From assembly GCF_037042905.1 (NCBI RefSeq), contig NC_087251.1, positions 28,708,001 through 28,772,000 of the forward strand: a stretch of DNA of 64,000 nt, in the 5' to 3' direction. The translations under genes and the position numbers were made by a program. The DNA is from Lytechinus pictus. Taxonomy: Eukaryota. The notes under the pieces were generated by a model that saw only the letters and a program-made list of their open reading frames with translations, searched no databases and was not told where the DNA came from. Positions 40,301-52,329 of the stretch are shown here, piece by piece (positions within the stretch are counted from its first letter, which is position 1; each line of letters starts with the position of its first letter).

Positions 40301-41733
40301 GTATGTAACCTTCTACTGGCTCTTGTGGGACTATGCTTTAAGGTGCCCACAAGTAATTGCATGCAAAATGAAAATGCAGAGCAATGCCTCGATCCTCTAT
40401 CTTTTTCAAGAGATTTCATTATTATAAAAGTTGCTTTGTGTAGAAAATGCCTTTTACCCTCATACACATGATACAAGTAATACATACCTTTCTATCGATC
40501 GCTAAGCACGTTACATGACTTTTCTGCATGTTAGGCACATCAACAAATGTGATGCAAGATTAAACAGATAGATGTCAATGCACATGATTATTTTGGTTCA
40601 ATTTTATTTATAAATTCTTTTTTTTTTTTCAAAATATATTATTTCAGAAAACAATTTCAACCGATTTTTACTATCCAAATCATACTGAAATGCGTATTCA
40701 TTTAAGATTGTCCCATTGTCAGACTCTGACAAATAATTGATTTTCATTAAAAAAAAGTCCAAGAGGGCCGCAAAAGATATCAATTTTGAACCCCGTTGGA
40801 CACGATTTTGCAAAGAGAACATCAAGATTCATTAACTAGACACTTCAGGCAAATACAAAAACGTTGAGTAAAAAATATTTTGATGGTAGACAGGAACCCC
40901 CTATTTCGACTTGACTACAACGATGCAGTCATACATGGTATAGGTTCGTTGTTGAAAACTAGGCTGAAAACGTAGCCTATAGACTGCCCAGTGGGCAATC
41001 AATCTTTGCTGAAGTCATTTATTTATCAGCAGAGACATAATAAAAATGAAAATATGTTGATTGGAAGATTTAATATCATGCAAAATGCAGGAAACATCAA
41101 TAAAGTAGGCATATCGTTCGCACACCTCAGCTGTATGATAAAAATAGGCCCAAAACGCATGATTTCTATGTGCGCATCATATTGAAAAGGGGGCTGAAAT
41201 CACAGTCTATAATGTCATTTCCAATTACTGGCATATATTTTCTAAAAGTAGAGATATAGATAAAGAGAATGATATTATGCTTGAGAGGAAATATATTAAA
41301 TAAAGTACATTAAAAAAGAAAATAAATTTCTGAATCGATTTTCGACAATTTTTGATGCAAGAAATCTCCCAAACTAATGATATGCAAATTCCATTACGTA
41401 ATTTGCATATGTAAACAATAATTTCCATTCGTGGAATTTTGCATATCTCTTGTGCACTATTTGAACAATACATTTTGAAAGTTTCATACAAAACAAGCAT
41501 GATTTAGCTGAGATATTTCCCCTTGACGTCATGCTATGTGTAGAATGTCTAAAAAATGGTGAAATAGGGCCATTTTGTAGTGACGTCATATATTACGTCA
41601 TTTCGGAGGGAAGACCACGGATAGAACCCGGCAGCAATGCATTTTTGTAAACTTCAGGGTCCATGCCATCCAGCTATGGGGTCATTTGCTTGTCCGGCTT
41701 TCGGTTGAATAAATCTCCTGGGCTGCCGGACTA
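37362..41733. mobile_element. 4.37-kb non-autonomous foldback DNA transposon with ~1.18-kb TIRs, TAGTC...GACTA ends, TSD TAC (Academ-like)
   Basis: 37362-~38545 is the reverse complement of ~40550-41733, near-identical at the tips. TAC lies at 37359-61 and 41734-36. The interior has ~210-bp subrepeats, 5 forward then 3 inverted. Confidence 0.92.
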
Positions 41734-42498
41734 TACCCCAACTGTTCTCGTTACCAAATAGATTTCTTAGTACAGAGTAAGATGTTGATGGAAAATTCTC
41801 AAGTGAAATTCTGGGTCAAAACTATATTTTCACGTAAACTCTAAAACAAGGAATACGTTTTGATTTTAGTTTACAGGTAGTTTCTTTATATGTTTAACTG
41901 TTGTTCCTGAAATAGCAGTTGTATTAATATCATCCCAAGTAAAGATTTTTATTTATTTTTGGGGTTGTCCGTCTAAATCCCACTTTCTCGTCGAAGCTAT
42001 GCCATCGATTTACAACCAAATAAGAATGACATTCTTGACCTGACTGCTAGCAGAATTTTACTGTGTGTGAACTATATTGAATTGTTTCTTAAGCATCCAG
42101 TTTATATTTCTCATTTTCTATTGTTCCAGCTCTTGAAACAGGCCTGTACAAGACTTGGGGAGTCCTTCTGTCCCTGTCACTTGTCCATGGTGGACCCGGG
42201 CCACGTTGCTTTGCCCAAGAAACGTTCAACCGGATTGCCGACCCTCAATCTCAAGGAGAGATCAAGCTGTCCCATGTTAGCGATCCAGACATGAGGAAAA
42301 AATTGAAAAGGTCATTAAATTACTCTATTCCAAATCTTTCATTTTAGGACACATTTTTTTATTTATAAACTATTGGTTTCTAACAGGTGGCACAACCTCT
42401 AGTAATCAAGTGTCACATCATCTGGGGCCATAGGAAAAGCATTTTGTAGATATATCAAGTATTGTGTTTAGTATTTACTTCCGAATAAGCATTGAGCC

Positions 42499-42604
42499 CC
42501 AGTGGATTTGGGTTTGAATCCCAGCCATGGCTTATTTTTCTTCAGCAAGAAATTGATCCACAATGTGCTGCACTCCACCCAGGTGAGGTGAATGGGTACC
42601 AGGT
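42499..42604 (+). mobile_element. Partial tRNA-derived SINE (same family as 55318-55607)
   Basis: GGTTTGAATCCCAGCCATGGC...TGTGCTGCACTCCACCCAGGTGAGGTGAATGGGTACC matches the reverse complement of the 55.3-kb copy. Confidence 0.8.
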
Positions 42605-42949
42605 ACCATTTATTCCCTGCACCTATATGTAAGCTTAATCAATAAGGCTGATAAAGCTTTGTGAATGATTGTTGGTATCTTTAAAATACCAATGAATTTG
42701 TTGATGATAGCCACTACGTAGCCCAAGTTTTGTTATTCCAACCCCTAACCCTTAGTTGAGTCAGGATTTTGTAGTGACGACAAGCGGACCCGCAGATTGT
42801 CAACCAGAAAGTTGCAGTAAAGTGGTCTTCGAGAAGAAGTCCCGTTCATTCACTAGCATGTGGTCAAGAGACTAGATATGGTGGTCTTTGCCAAGTGTAC
42901 AGATAACCAGTGCGATCACAGCACCAGGAATCTTGTGTCGCAAATTTCC

Positions 42950-43055
42950 AATTGATGAAATCAACACTTACCAAACAGCCATATTCATGTACAAATTTTC
43001 AACTAATACTATACCAATTTCATTTTGCATTCTTTATGTCTACAACAAAGATATT
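42950..43055 (+). mobile_element. L2/CR1-group LINE ORF2 C-terminal remnant
   Basis: IDEINTYQTAIFMYKFSTNTIPISF resembles the L2-group tail motif I.DI..YQ...FMYK.....LP..F. Confidence 0.55.
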
Positions 43056-44362
43056 CGTACCCCCCCCCCCTCCACTTTTCAGAGAGGGGGATGGCCTGTA
43101 CGATCATCCCCCGACACATACTTTTCAAGATAGAAAATGGTTTTCATTCATCAAAATGGTTCATACTACTGATCTTTTCACAGGCGTAAGCTTATCATGC
43201 CACAAGCTTTTGCATTCAGGAACTTTACATCTTCTTCTATAAACATAATCGGTATTTTATGACAAATTAATTTTGTATGACCTAATGTTGACAAAACTGT
43301 GTAATGGAAGGAAATAAATGTCTTATGTCAGCTGCATCATGAGAATAATATATGTTTAAAATAAATTATATGATTTCGATTCTCGTTAGGATTTTCATCA
43401 TAAACCAATCAAAACATACTTTAAATGCACTGATAGGTCGGGGGGGGGGGGGTTGGAGGTCGCCGGGTCATATCATGGCATCATTTTGGAAGTGGGGGTA
43501 ATATAGGACTACCCATACCTTTAGTGTATATACAATTGGTTACTGATATTGCTGAAATCAATGCTGTTTCTAAAACATTAAGGACAGCAATATTTTCCAT
43601 ATCTTTACAATTGGCTTCATTTTTATAGGAGACTTAACGCATTAATTAACATAGCAACTCAACAATGTTTCAACCGTAAATTTGGAAAGAATTGTGAATG
43701 CTGCATAATTCTAAGCATAATTTAAATCGTTATTCAAAATCTTTCCTTTCTGCAATCTTTTCTTTTTCATTGTATCAGTGTGCTACTTCCATGTTTTCAT
43801 AAGTAAAGAACTCGATATTGTTGGCTGTTGCGAGAAAGCTGTAAGCATCCGCAAAATATACACTCGCTCAGGTAGAGGAAGTGGCATTTCTCAGAGACTG
43901 AAAGAATGGTTCGGATCCAGATCAAACTGGATCAAAGCCTAGTTGGTCTTAACCGCCATAAAGTATTCAAGATTTCTAATCACAGATGAGTATTGGAAGA
44001 AATAGCTTTAAGACAATCTCTGTATATGTATGTTGAAAAAATAAGGCTTTGTCTGTTTGTAGGAGGTACTCAGGAGTTTCAGTATAACCCATTTAGTAAA
44101 TCCCATCCAGTAAATCCAAGAAGCGCTTTATTATGAAAGAAACATCCCTGGAGAACAGTACAAGAGAGATCAATATTATTCTGATAAATGGCATGCTGAT
44201 ATTTTCCCTTCACGAGGGGGGGGGGGTCGACTCTTGAAAAGTTGCTCCTAATGCCCAAATGAACAAGTTTACAATGTCATTTTTAGTTATTTCATATGCA
44301 GAACGTAATACTTTATTTGTTACTTATTATTCCTTTTCATTATTTTCTCTCCCCCTTTTACT

Positions 44363-46048
44363 ACAAGTGAAATACTACAAGTAGTTTTGTGAGTTTTGAA
44401 AATATATGAATTAATTAGCATATTTAACGAGTTTCAAAATTCTGTGTAGAAGTTTTGAATCCCCCACCTAATGCTATCATAAAGCAAACAGAATTGAAAT
44501 CAGACTTGAAATGACGAAGAAAAAGCATTTTGAAATTCAGTCAACAAATAAAGAAGAGGCATTTTCTGTGATTTCGCATTGAATTAGCATCAATAATTCT
44601 CTACTCCAAATTTAAAAATTCTGTGTAGAATTTTGCTGAACCTCATGAAGCTCTACCAGATGGAAAAAAAAAAAATCAATATCGGTCAACAAATAAAGAA
44701 GAAGCCTTTTATGTGAATGTTTAAAAATATGCATAAATTAATTTCGCATAAATTAGCATAAAAATTGTTCTAGTCAGAATTTCAAAATTCTGTGTACAAG
44801 TTTGGTGAACCTCATAAAGCTCTACCAGATGGAAGCAAAAAATTCAAAATCTGTCAACAAATAAAGAAGAAGCATATTTTGTGAATTTTGAAAAATGCGC
44901 ATAAATTAGCATATATAATGAGTTTCAAAATTCTGTGTAGAAGTTTTGAATCCCCCACCTAATGCTATCATAAAGCAAACAGAATTGAAATCAGACTTGA
45001 AATGACGAAGAAAAAGCATTTTGAAATTCAGTCAACAAATAAAGAAGAGGCATTTTCTGTGATTTCGCATTAAATTAGCATCAATAATTCTCTACTCCAA
45101 ATTTAAAAATTCTGTGTAGAATTTTGCTGAACCTCATGAAGCTCTACCAGATGGAAGAAAAAAAAATCAATATCGGTCAACAAATAAAGAAGAAGCCTTT
45201 TATGTGAATGTTTAAAAATATGCATAAATTAATTTCGCATAAATTAGCATAAAAATTGTTCTAGTCAGAATTTCAAAATTCTGTGTACAAGTTTGGTGAA
45301 CCTCATAAAGCTCTACCAGATGGAAGCAAAAAATTCAAAATCTGTCAACAAATAAAGAAGAAGCATATTTTGTGAATTTTGAAAAATGCGCATAAATTAG
45401 CATATATAATGAGTTTCAAAATTCTGTGTAGAAGTTTTGAATCCCCCACCTAATGCTATCATAAAGCAAACAGAATTGAAATCAGACTTGAAATGACGAA
45501 GAAAAAGCATTTTGAAATTCAGTCAACAAATAAAGAAGAGGCATTTTCTGTGATTTCGCATTAAATTAGCATCAATAATTCTCTACTCCAAATTTAAAAA
45601 TTCTGTGTAGAATTTTGCTGAACCTCATGAAGCTCTACCAGATGGAAGAAAAAAAAATCAATATCGGTCAACAAATAAAGAAGAAGCCTTTTATGTGAAT
45701 GTTTAAAAATATGCATAAATTAATTTCGCATAAATTAGCATAAAAATTGTTCTAGTCAGAATTTCAAAATTCTGTGTACAAGTTTGGTGAACCTCATAAA
45801 GCTCTACCAGATGGAAGCAAAAAATTCAAAATCTGTCAACAAATAAAGAAGAAGCATATTTTGTGAATTTTGAAAAATGCGCATAAATTAGCATATATAA
45901 TGAGTTTCAAAATTCTGTGTAGAAGTTTTTAATCCCCCACCTAGTGCTATCATATAAAGCAAACAGAATTGAAATCGGACTTGAAATGGCAAAGAAGAAG
46001 CATTTTGAAATTGTGGACAGACGTCAGAAGACGGACGCCACGGCATAA
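44363..46048 (-). mobile_element. Helentron-associated (HINE/DINE-like) element whose core is a 491-bp tandem repeat (~3.2 near-identical copies)
   Basis: CCCCCACC at 44461, 44952, 45443 and 45934 gives an exact 491-bp period. A GACGGACG-type microsatellite sits at the right end. The left end has the hairpin ACTAC-AA-GTAGT next to ACAAGTG, a terminus shared with the family at 46132/47438/51151. Confidence 0.7.
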
Positions 46049-46131
46049 GTGTGGGGGGGGGGGGGTCATCACATCAATTTGAGAATGATTTGTTCTGAAG
46101 GTTTCATTTTCATAATTACAAAATAAATAAA

Positions 46132-46513
46132 TAAGTGGAACGCCTCTGGGAGTCTCGCCTGCATTATGCGATTCAATATAGCAGCAGTGCTGACTTAGTA
46201 AACAACTATTGAATAATCATACACAAAAAACACCATTCATATAATAAAATACACTGTACTATGATCATTGACCCTAAATGACCTTTCACCTTGGTCATGT
46301 GACATGAATCTCAGGTAGGATGTTCAGTAATATTTGATTACCCTTATGTCCGAGTTTTATTAACTAGGTCCATTTTTTTTTACTTTCTAAGTTATGATGA
46401 CATTTCAAAAACTTAACCTTTGATTAAGATTTGATGATGACGATGTCACTGCCGTTGTCGCCATTGGAAAAGTGGCGCCTATAGTCTTGCTCTGCTATGC
46501 AGGCGAGACAAAA
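46132..46513 (-). mobile_element. Short HINE/DINE-like element
   Basis: Ends AAGTGGAACGCCTCTGG-GTCTCGCCTGCAT and ATGCAGGCGAGAC-AAAA (subterminal inverted repeats), with a degenerate GCC microsatellite. It lies in an A-run with no TSD. Confidence 0.8.
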
Positions 46514-48363
46514 TATGCCCTTTATGGTATGTCTAGCCTTCTGAAAATTTTAGACTTGTTTCGCCACTGACACCCCCCAACTAAAGAAAAAAAAATCCTC
46601 AAGAGAACAACTTTTGTGTCGGTCATCCACCCTCACCAATCATGATTACCGATCGACACCCATGGGTTGGGGGTAGTGTGAGGGAGCTGCATGTGATGGC
46701 CTAGTCCTGGTTCCGCCGCACTGCACAAGAGATACTTATTGAGATGAGTCATAAACAAAAATGATGGTAATTTTCAGAGGGTATAGGAATCAGATTTCAT
46801 TGTTTTTTTAAATCATTTTTTCGGTGACATAGCAAGAAAGAAGTGGACAAATATGAGGGATAGCTTCCTAAAATACCGAAAGAAAATGAAGGAGAGGAAA
46901 AGTGGTGACAGATCTCACTCAAGTAGCAAGAAAAAAGTGGACAAATATGAGGGATAGCTTCCTAATATATAGAAAGAAATTGAAGGAGATTAAAAGTGGT
47001 GACAGATCTCACTCAAGTAGCAAGAAAAAAGTGGACAAATATGAGGGATAGCTTCCTAATATATAGAAAGAAATTGAAGGAGATTAAAAGTGGTGACAGA
47101 ACTCACTCAAGTAGCGAGAAAAAAGTGGACAAATATGAGGGATAGCTTCCTAAAATACCGAAAGAAAATGAAGGAGAGGAAAAGTAGTGACGGATCTCAC
47201 TCAAATAGCGAGAAAGAAGTGGACAAATATGAGGGATAGCTTCCTAAAATATCGAAAGAAAATGAAGGAGAGGAAAAGTAGTGACAGATCTCACTCAAGT
47301 AGCGAGAAAGAAGTGGACAAATATGAGGGATAGCTTCCTAAATAACCGAAAGAAAATGAAGGAGAGGAAAAGTAGTGATGGATCTCACTCAAGTAGCGAG
47401 AAAGAAGTGGACAAATATGAGGGATAGCTTCCTAAAACAAGTGGAATGCCTCTGGCGGTCTCACCTGCGCTGCATCACGCGATTCAATATAGCAGCAGTG
47501 CCGACTTTGAAAACTACTACAAAATAATTATTCACAAAAGACTCTATTCATATAATGATACAATACTACATTCCATGATATTTGACCTTGATCATGTGAC
47601 CTAAAACTTGTCAGTAATACTTGATTACCCCTATATCTACATTTTATACACTATAGATGTATCTATAGACTTTGAAAGTTAAGACAGCAATCTAATAATT
47701 ACCTCTAAAATGGCCAAAGTTCAATGACCTCAAATGACCTTTGACTTTCGCCATGTGACCTGAAACTAGCATGAGATGTTCAGTGATACTTTATTACTCT
47801 TACATGTATGTCGAAGTTGTATGAACTAGACCAGAGCTGCCAAGTTGTATTTTGCATTTTCAGTATTCTTATCCCCCCAAATCAGTATTTTGACCAAAAA
47901 AAAAATCCATATTTTTACCGTGTGAGATAATTATGCATGCATAATGGCAAAGTTCAATCACTTCTTACATTTGCGCCCCACACGTAAACAAGGATTCTGG
48001 AAAAAATAGTGAAATTGCAGAAATGTAAGAAAATAGGCAATTCATTCCACATATATATCTTGGGTCTATTCCCAATCAATAAGAATACACTGTCCAAGTG
48101 GGATCATTTTTCAGCTAAAATATCATAATTTAACTATTCCAGACCAATATGAACAAGTATGATGATAATTGGTATATCTATATATATAGACAATTACATG
48201 TAATTTTGGTTTTATTCATTTTGTAATGAAAATAAGTGATTACTGAAAGTACGATCATTTACCAGTAACTTTTCGTCATAATACTTCTGATTTTTTTTTT
48301 AGAAAGTTGATCAAATTAAAAAATTATATACAATTTAGCCATTTTTTTCATGTATATTAACAG

Positions 48364-48462
48364 ATCATGACAGATCTTGAAAAAGCAGAGGTGTTACGAA
48401 GAGTGCAGAGGGTCTGTGCCCATAACAGAACAAGACCACAACCTCAAACCTATCAACAGTTG
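48364..48462 (+). CDS. Putative internal coding exon (99 bp, phase 0) of an unidentified gene
   Basis: TTTTTTTCATGTATATTAACAG| ... |GTAAGT. Open frame IMTDLEKAEVLRRVQRVCAHNRTRPQPQTYQQL. Confidence 0.55.
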
Positions 48463-49167
48463 GTAAGTACAGACTTAAAACCAAGTAAGACATTCCTTGC
48501 ACTTATGTTTATATCCCCAAATCCTCAAACCAAATCATGCGAAATTTCAAATAAATTTTTTTTTTTTTTTTTAATCTGACAAGACAAATTAAACTATTTT
48601 CTCGAATAGAAAAAAGTGTAATAAGGCCAGCTTCTCTCCCAATAAAGTAGACACAGCACATTAAACCATGGGCAGATGAGCATTTGATATGTTGTCAGAA
48701 CGTAGGTTCAAAATTCAAATACAAGAGACTTCTATTTTCCCAAAGAATATAAAACTTCAAATTTTTCAGAAGAGTAAAAACTACATTTACACAATGACAA
48801 ACACATTGAAACAAATTTCAATTTCAAAAAATGTATTTCAGTCAGTAGGCAGGTCCTCAAAAAAAGGCTTCTTTCTTCCAAGTGATATTCCTATATCTAA
48901 TGAGCATGGTGTAGATTTTCATTGTTCTAAATATTTATCATATTTCATGTTTATAGTATACTGTACATGCAATTGTGGAGAAGAATCATTCTTTCATGTC
49001 ATGGGTTTGAATTTATTTGAAACCTTTGTAATGCAGGTATAACTTGTGATTATAAAAAAGGCTACAAAATATTCTTTGATCTGAAGAGAGTAACTGTACA
49101 CTTTATTCTTGTTTGAGACCAAATGATGTTTATATCATGATGAAGGTCAGTGCCATATGATATAGGA

Positions 49168-50133
49168 CAGGATTTCTCAAACGTTTTCCTTGAAGGGCCA
49201 GATGGGACTCTAATGAAACCTGAAATGGCCAGAGTGAATGAGACAAAAAATAACTATTGTGCATTTGCCTTTACAAACACAGAGTGCAAAGCTAATTAAT
49301 ATTGCATAATTAACCATAAAAAATTTGAGGGGGCACAAGCCACAAAATTCCATAGCGCATGTTGCAAAATTTATCTAAAATCCAGAGCAAGCGGACAAAG
49401 AATTTTACTTTTTTTTATGAATTGTTTTTTTAGTTAGAAAAAACACATCCTTTTTTATTTGCGATCCATTTCTTCTCTTTTCTCCTTGTTTTACTGTATG
49501 TTTCACTGTATGCCAGTGACTCTAATAAAGTTTCTCCTAAGTGACAATTCTGTCAGCAACAAGTTGCTTTAATACCCTGTCACAAAATGATTGCCAGCCA
49601 AAGGCACTTGTGCAAATGTGCATGGTGCCGTGCATTTCTTTAAAAATGTACATGTACATTGTGGAAAATGCACATCCACACCTGTATGCAGACATGGCCA
49701 TATGAAGATTTTTTTTCGGGAGGGGGAGAAGGGATAAGACGCATAACATTTTAAAGTAAGAAAGCGAAGCAACCGAGCTTGTCATTGGGGAGCTTTTGTA
49801 TGAAACGAAGGATTTCGTTCAAACTCTGGGTGAATTTTGAGATTTTTATTAGAAATTTTATTTTTCACGATTTCTGGGAGGCAACATCCCCGCTGCGTAC
49901 GGCCAATGTATACGGATCTGAATCGAGCAAGGCCATCGATCGTTCATAACAACAAATAAACAAAAACCACTGTCATTATTTTATAACGGTTGCATAGACA
50001 AGTCATACAATGTGATCACATTGAGGCATTTTTGACATAAACATGATAAAAGTGATTAACTATCATTTTTCAAAACGGCAGAATCTGTGGGCTGGATTGA
50101 GAAGCTCAGTAGGCCGTAGTTTGATGACCCCTG
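49168..50133. mobile_element. hAT-type non-autonomous element within the putative intron
   Basis: CAGGATTTCTCAAAC...GAAGGGCCAGAT and GGCCGTAGTTTGATGACCCCTG termini. The 8-bp TSD ATATAGGA/AAATAGGA matches at 7 of 8 positions. Confidence 0.8.
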
Positions 50134-50264
50134 AAATAGGATTTAAAAGAATTTGTGGTTTAATGAGGTCAAGATCACATTTTCATTGACCACATACAAT
50201 AAACAATACTGAATGACTCTCAAGACTATGCACTAATATTTTATTATTGTTTTTTATATTACAG

Positions 50265-50369
50265 ATGACAACTGTCTACGAAAGTATGTCGTTCCAAAAA
50301 AGAGTATCCAAGAAACAGTTTATGGATAGATGCAGACATCAGTTATATAAAAAGAAGTACTTTGAGTAA
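50265..50369 (+). CDS. Putative terminal coding exon, in phase with 48364-48462
   Basis: TTGTTTTTTATATTACAG| acceptor. It reads MTTVYESMSFQKRVSKKQFMDRCRHQLYKKKYFE*. Confidence 0.5.
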   Translation: MTTVYESMSFQKRVSKKQFMDRCRHQLYKKKYFE

Positions 50370-51150
50370 TGTATTTTTTTTCTTCCACTATAGAGTTCCT
50401 ACTTATTTCCCCATTTCCTCTGATTCTCAATTTCTCACCATATTTGAATTGCTCATGAAAATTCCTATAACAAATACACAAGTCTAAGGGTTATACTAAT
50501 ATCATGAAAACAAAATGATTTTGACTTATGAGCATGGTTATCTAGTACATATATCGACGCAATTCCAGCACCTCCCACGAGACCCACCTTTCTAAAACAT
50601 GGCAGGTAGAATGAAAAATGAGTTGTTGTCGTCATTATTACTTCTTTGATCAACACTATTTTAAAGTACTTATAATTTGAACATCAAAATAATGAAAAAA
50701 CAAAGTGTAGTTTTCTACTTGAGGTAGAAGGTCAATCATAAAAATATGTAGAATGGAAAAAAATAAATATACATGAGAATATGACAACATTCTGCTAAGA
50801 GTGCAAAATGCCTTGCATATCGATAATGCATTCAAGTAAATGCAGACAGGTGCATGTTTTATATGAAAATGAATATTACAGTTTCAGCTTAGTTCACAAG
50901 TAAGTAGAATAAGATAATGGAAATGAATGGAGAAGAATTTAAGACCTCTGATATTCTCACAATTAGAATGTTATGAATTTGACACTTCATTATATTGCAT
51001 CAATACATACTGGCATTTATGAAGGCAGGAGAACGAAAAAGGATAAATTTTGATGTTATCTATGTACATGTAACATACATGTAGAAGAGTTATTGTTGCT
51101 GTTGCTCAAAATGATATTATCATTGTTGTCAGTATTACTTCTTTGATCAA

Positions 51151-52329
51151 CAAGTGGAACGCCTCTGGCAGTCTCGCCTGCATTACGCAATTTAATATAG
51201 CAGCAGTGCTAACTTTGAAAACTACTATAAAATAATCATTCACAAAAACATCATTCATATAATGACATAATACCACGTTCATTGACCATAAATGACATTT
51301 GAACGGAGACTTAAGACTGTCAACTACACCCATGTCCACATTTCATTCACTCTATCCATAAACTTTCAAAGTTATGATGGCACTTCAACAATTACCCCAA
51401 CATGGCCTAAGTTTATTGACCTTAACTGACCTTTGACTTGGTTTTGTGACCTGAAACTCACAGGGGATGTTCAGTGATGCTTGATTACTCTTATATCCCA
51501 AGTTTTATGAACTAGATCCATAAACTTTCACAGTTAGGATGGTAATTCAACAAATACCCCCAACACGGCCAAAGTTCATTGACCTTTAATGACCTTTGAC
51601 CATGGTCATGTGACCTGAAACTCGTACAGGATGTTCAGTGATACTTGATTACTCTTATGTCCAAGTTTTATGAACTAGATTCATAAACTTTCAGAGCTAG
51701 GATGGTAATTTAACATATACCCCCAACACGGCCAAAGTTCATTGACCTTAAATGACCATTGACCATGGTCATGTGACCTGAAACTCGCACAGGATATTCA
51801 GTGGTACTTGATTAACCTAATGTCCAAGTTTCATGAACTAAATCCATAAATTTTCAAAGTTATGATGATAATTCAACAAATACCCCCAACTTGGCCAAAG
51901 TTCATTGACCCTAAATGACCTTTGACCTTGGTCATGTGACCTGAAACTCAGGCAGGATGTTCACTAATACTTGATTAACCTTATGCCCAAGTTTCATGAA
52001 CTAGGTCCATATACTTTCTAAGTTATGATGTCATTTAAAAAACTTAACCTTCGGTTAAGATTTTGAAAATAATTTTCCCAACATGGTCTAAGTTCATTGA
52101 CCCTAAATGACCTTTGACCTTGGTCATGTGACCTGAAACTCAGGCAGGATGTTCAGTAATACTTGATTAACCTTATGTCTAAGTTTCATGAACTAGGTCC
52201 ATATACTTTTTAAGTTATGATGTCATTTCAAAAACTTAACCTTAGGTTAAGATTTGATGTTGACGCCGCCGCCGCCGCCACCGTCGGAAAAGCGGCGCCT
52301 ATAGTCTCGCTCTGCTATGCAGGCGAGAC
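51151..52329 (-). mobile_element. Full-length HINE/DINE-like element with ~163-bp internal tandem core repeats
   Basis: Subterminal IRs GTCTCGCCTGCAT/ATGCAGGCGAGAC, terminal IR GTCTCGC..GCGAGAC and (GCC)n at ~52265. Core GTTCATTGACC.TAAATGACCTTTGACC occurs at ~51411, 51574, 51737, 51900 and 52092. Confidence 0.85.

Larger units (their letters stand above)
47438..52329 (-). mobile_element. Composite Helentron/HINE-type insertion (4.9 kb) with two 3'-type ends and one 5'-type end
   Basis: It starts CAAGTGGAATGCCTCTGG and ends ATGCAGGCGAGAC. The flanks rejoin to CCTAAAA..AAACGAAAG of the minisatellite unit (A-run target, no TSD). Confidence 0.75.

Noticed and set aside
37506..41589. Mirror-image ORFs on opposite strands (37506/41374, 37909/40991)
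   Set aside because: They follow from the long TIRs and have no protein-like features.
43800..44200. Coding-looking minus-strand segment
   Set aside because: Stops in the frames I read and no motif I can recognise.
47832..47900. hAT-like terminus CAGAGCTGCCAAG truncating the HINE copy
   Set aside because: No matching opposite end or TSD found in the window.
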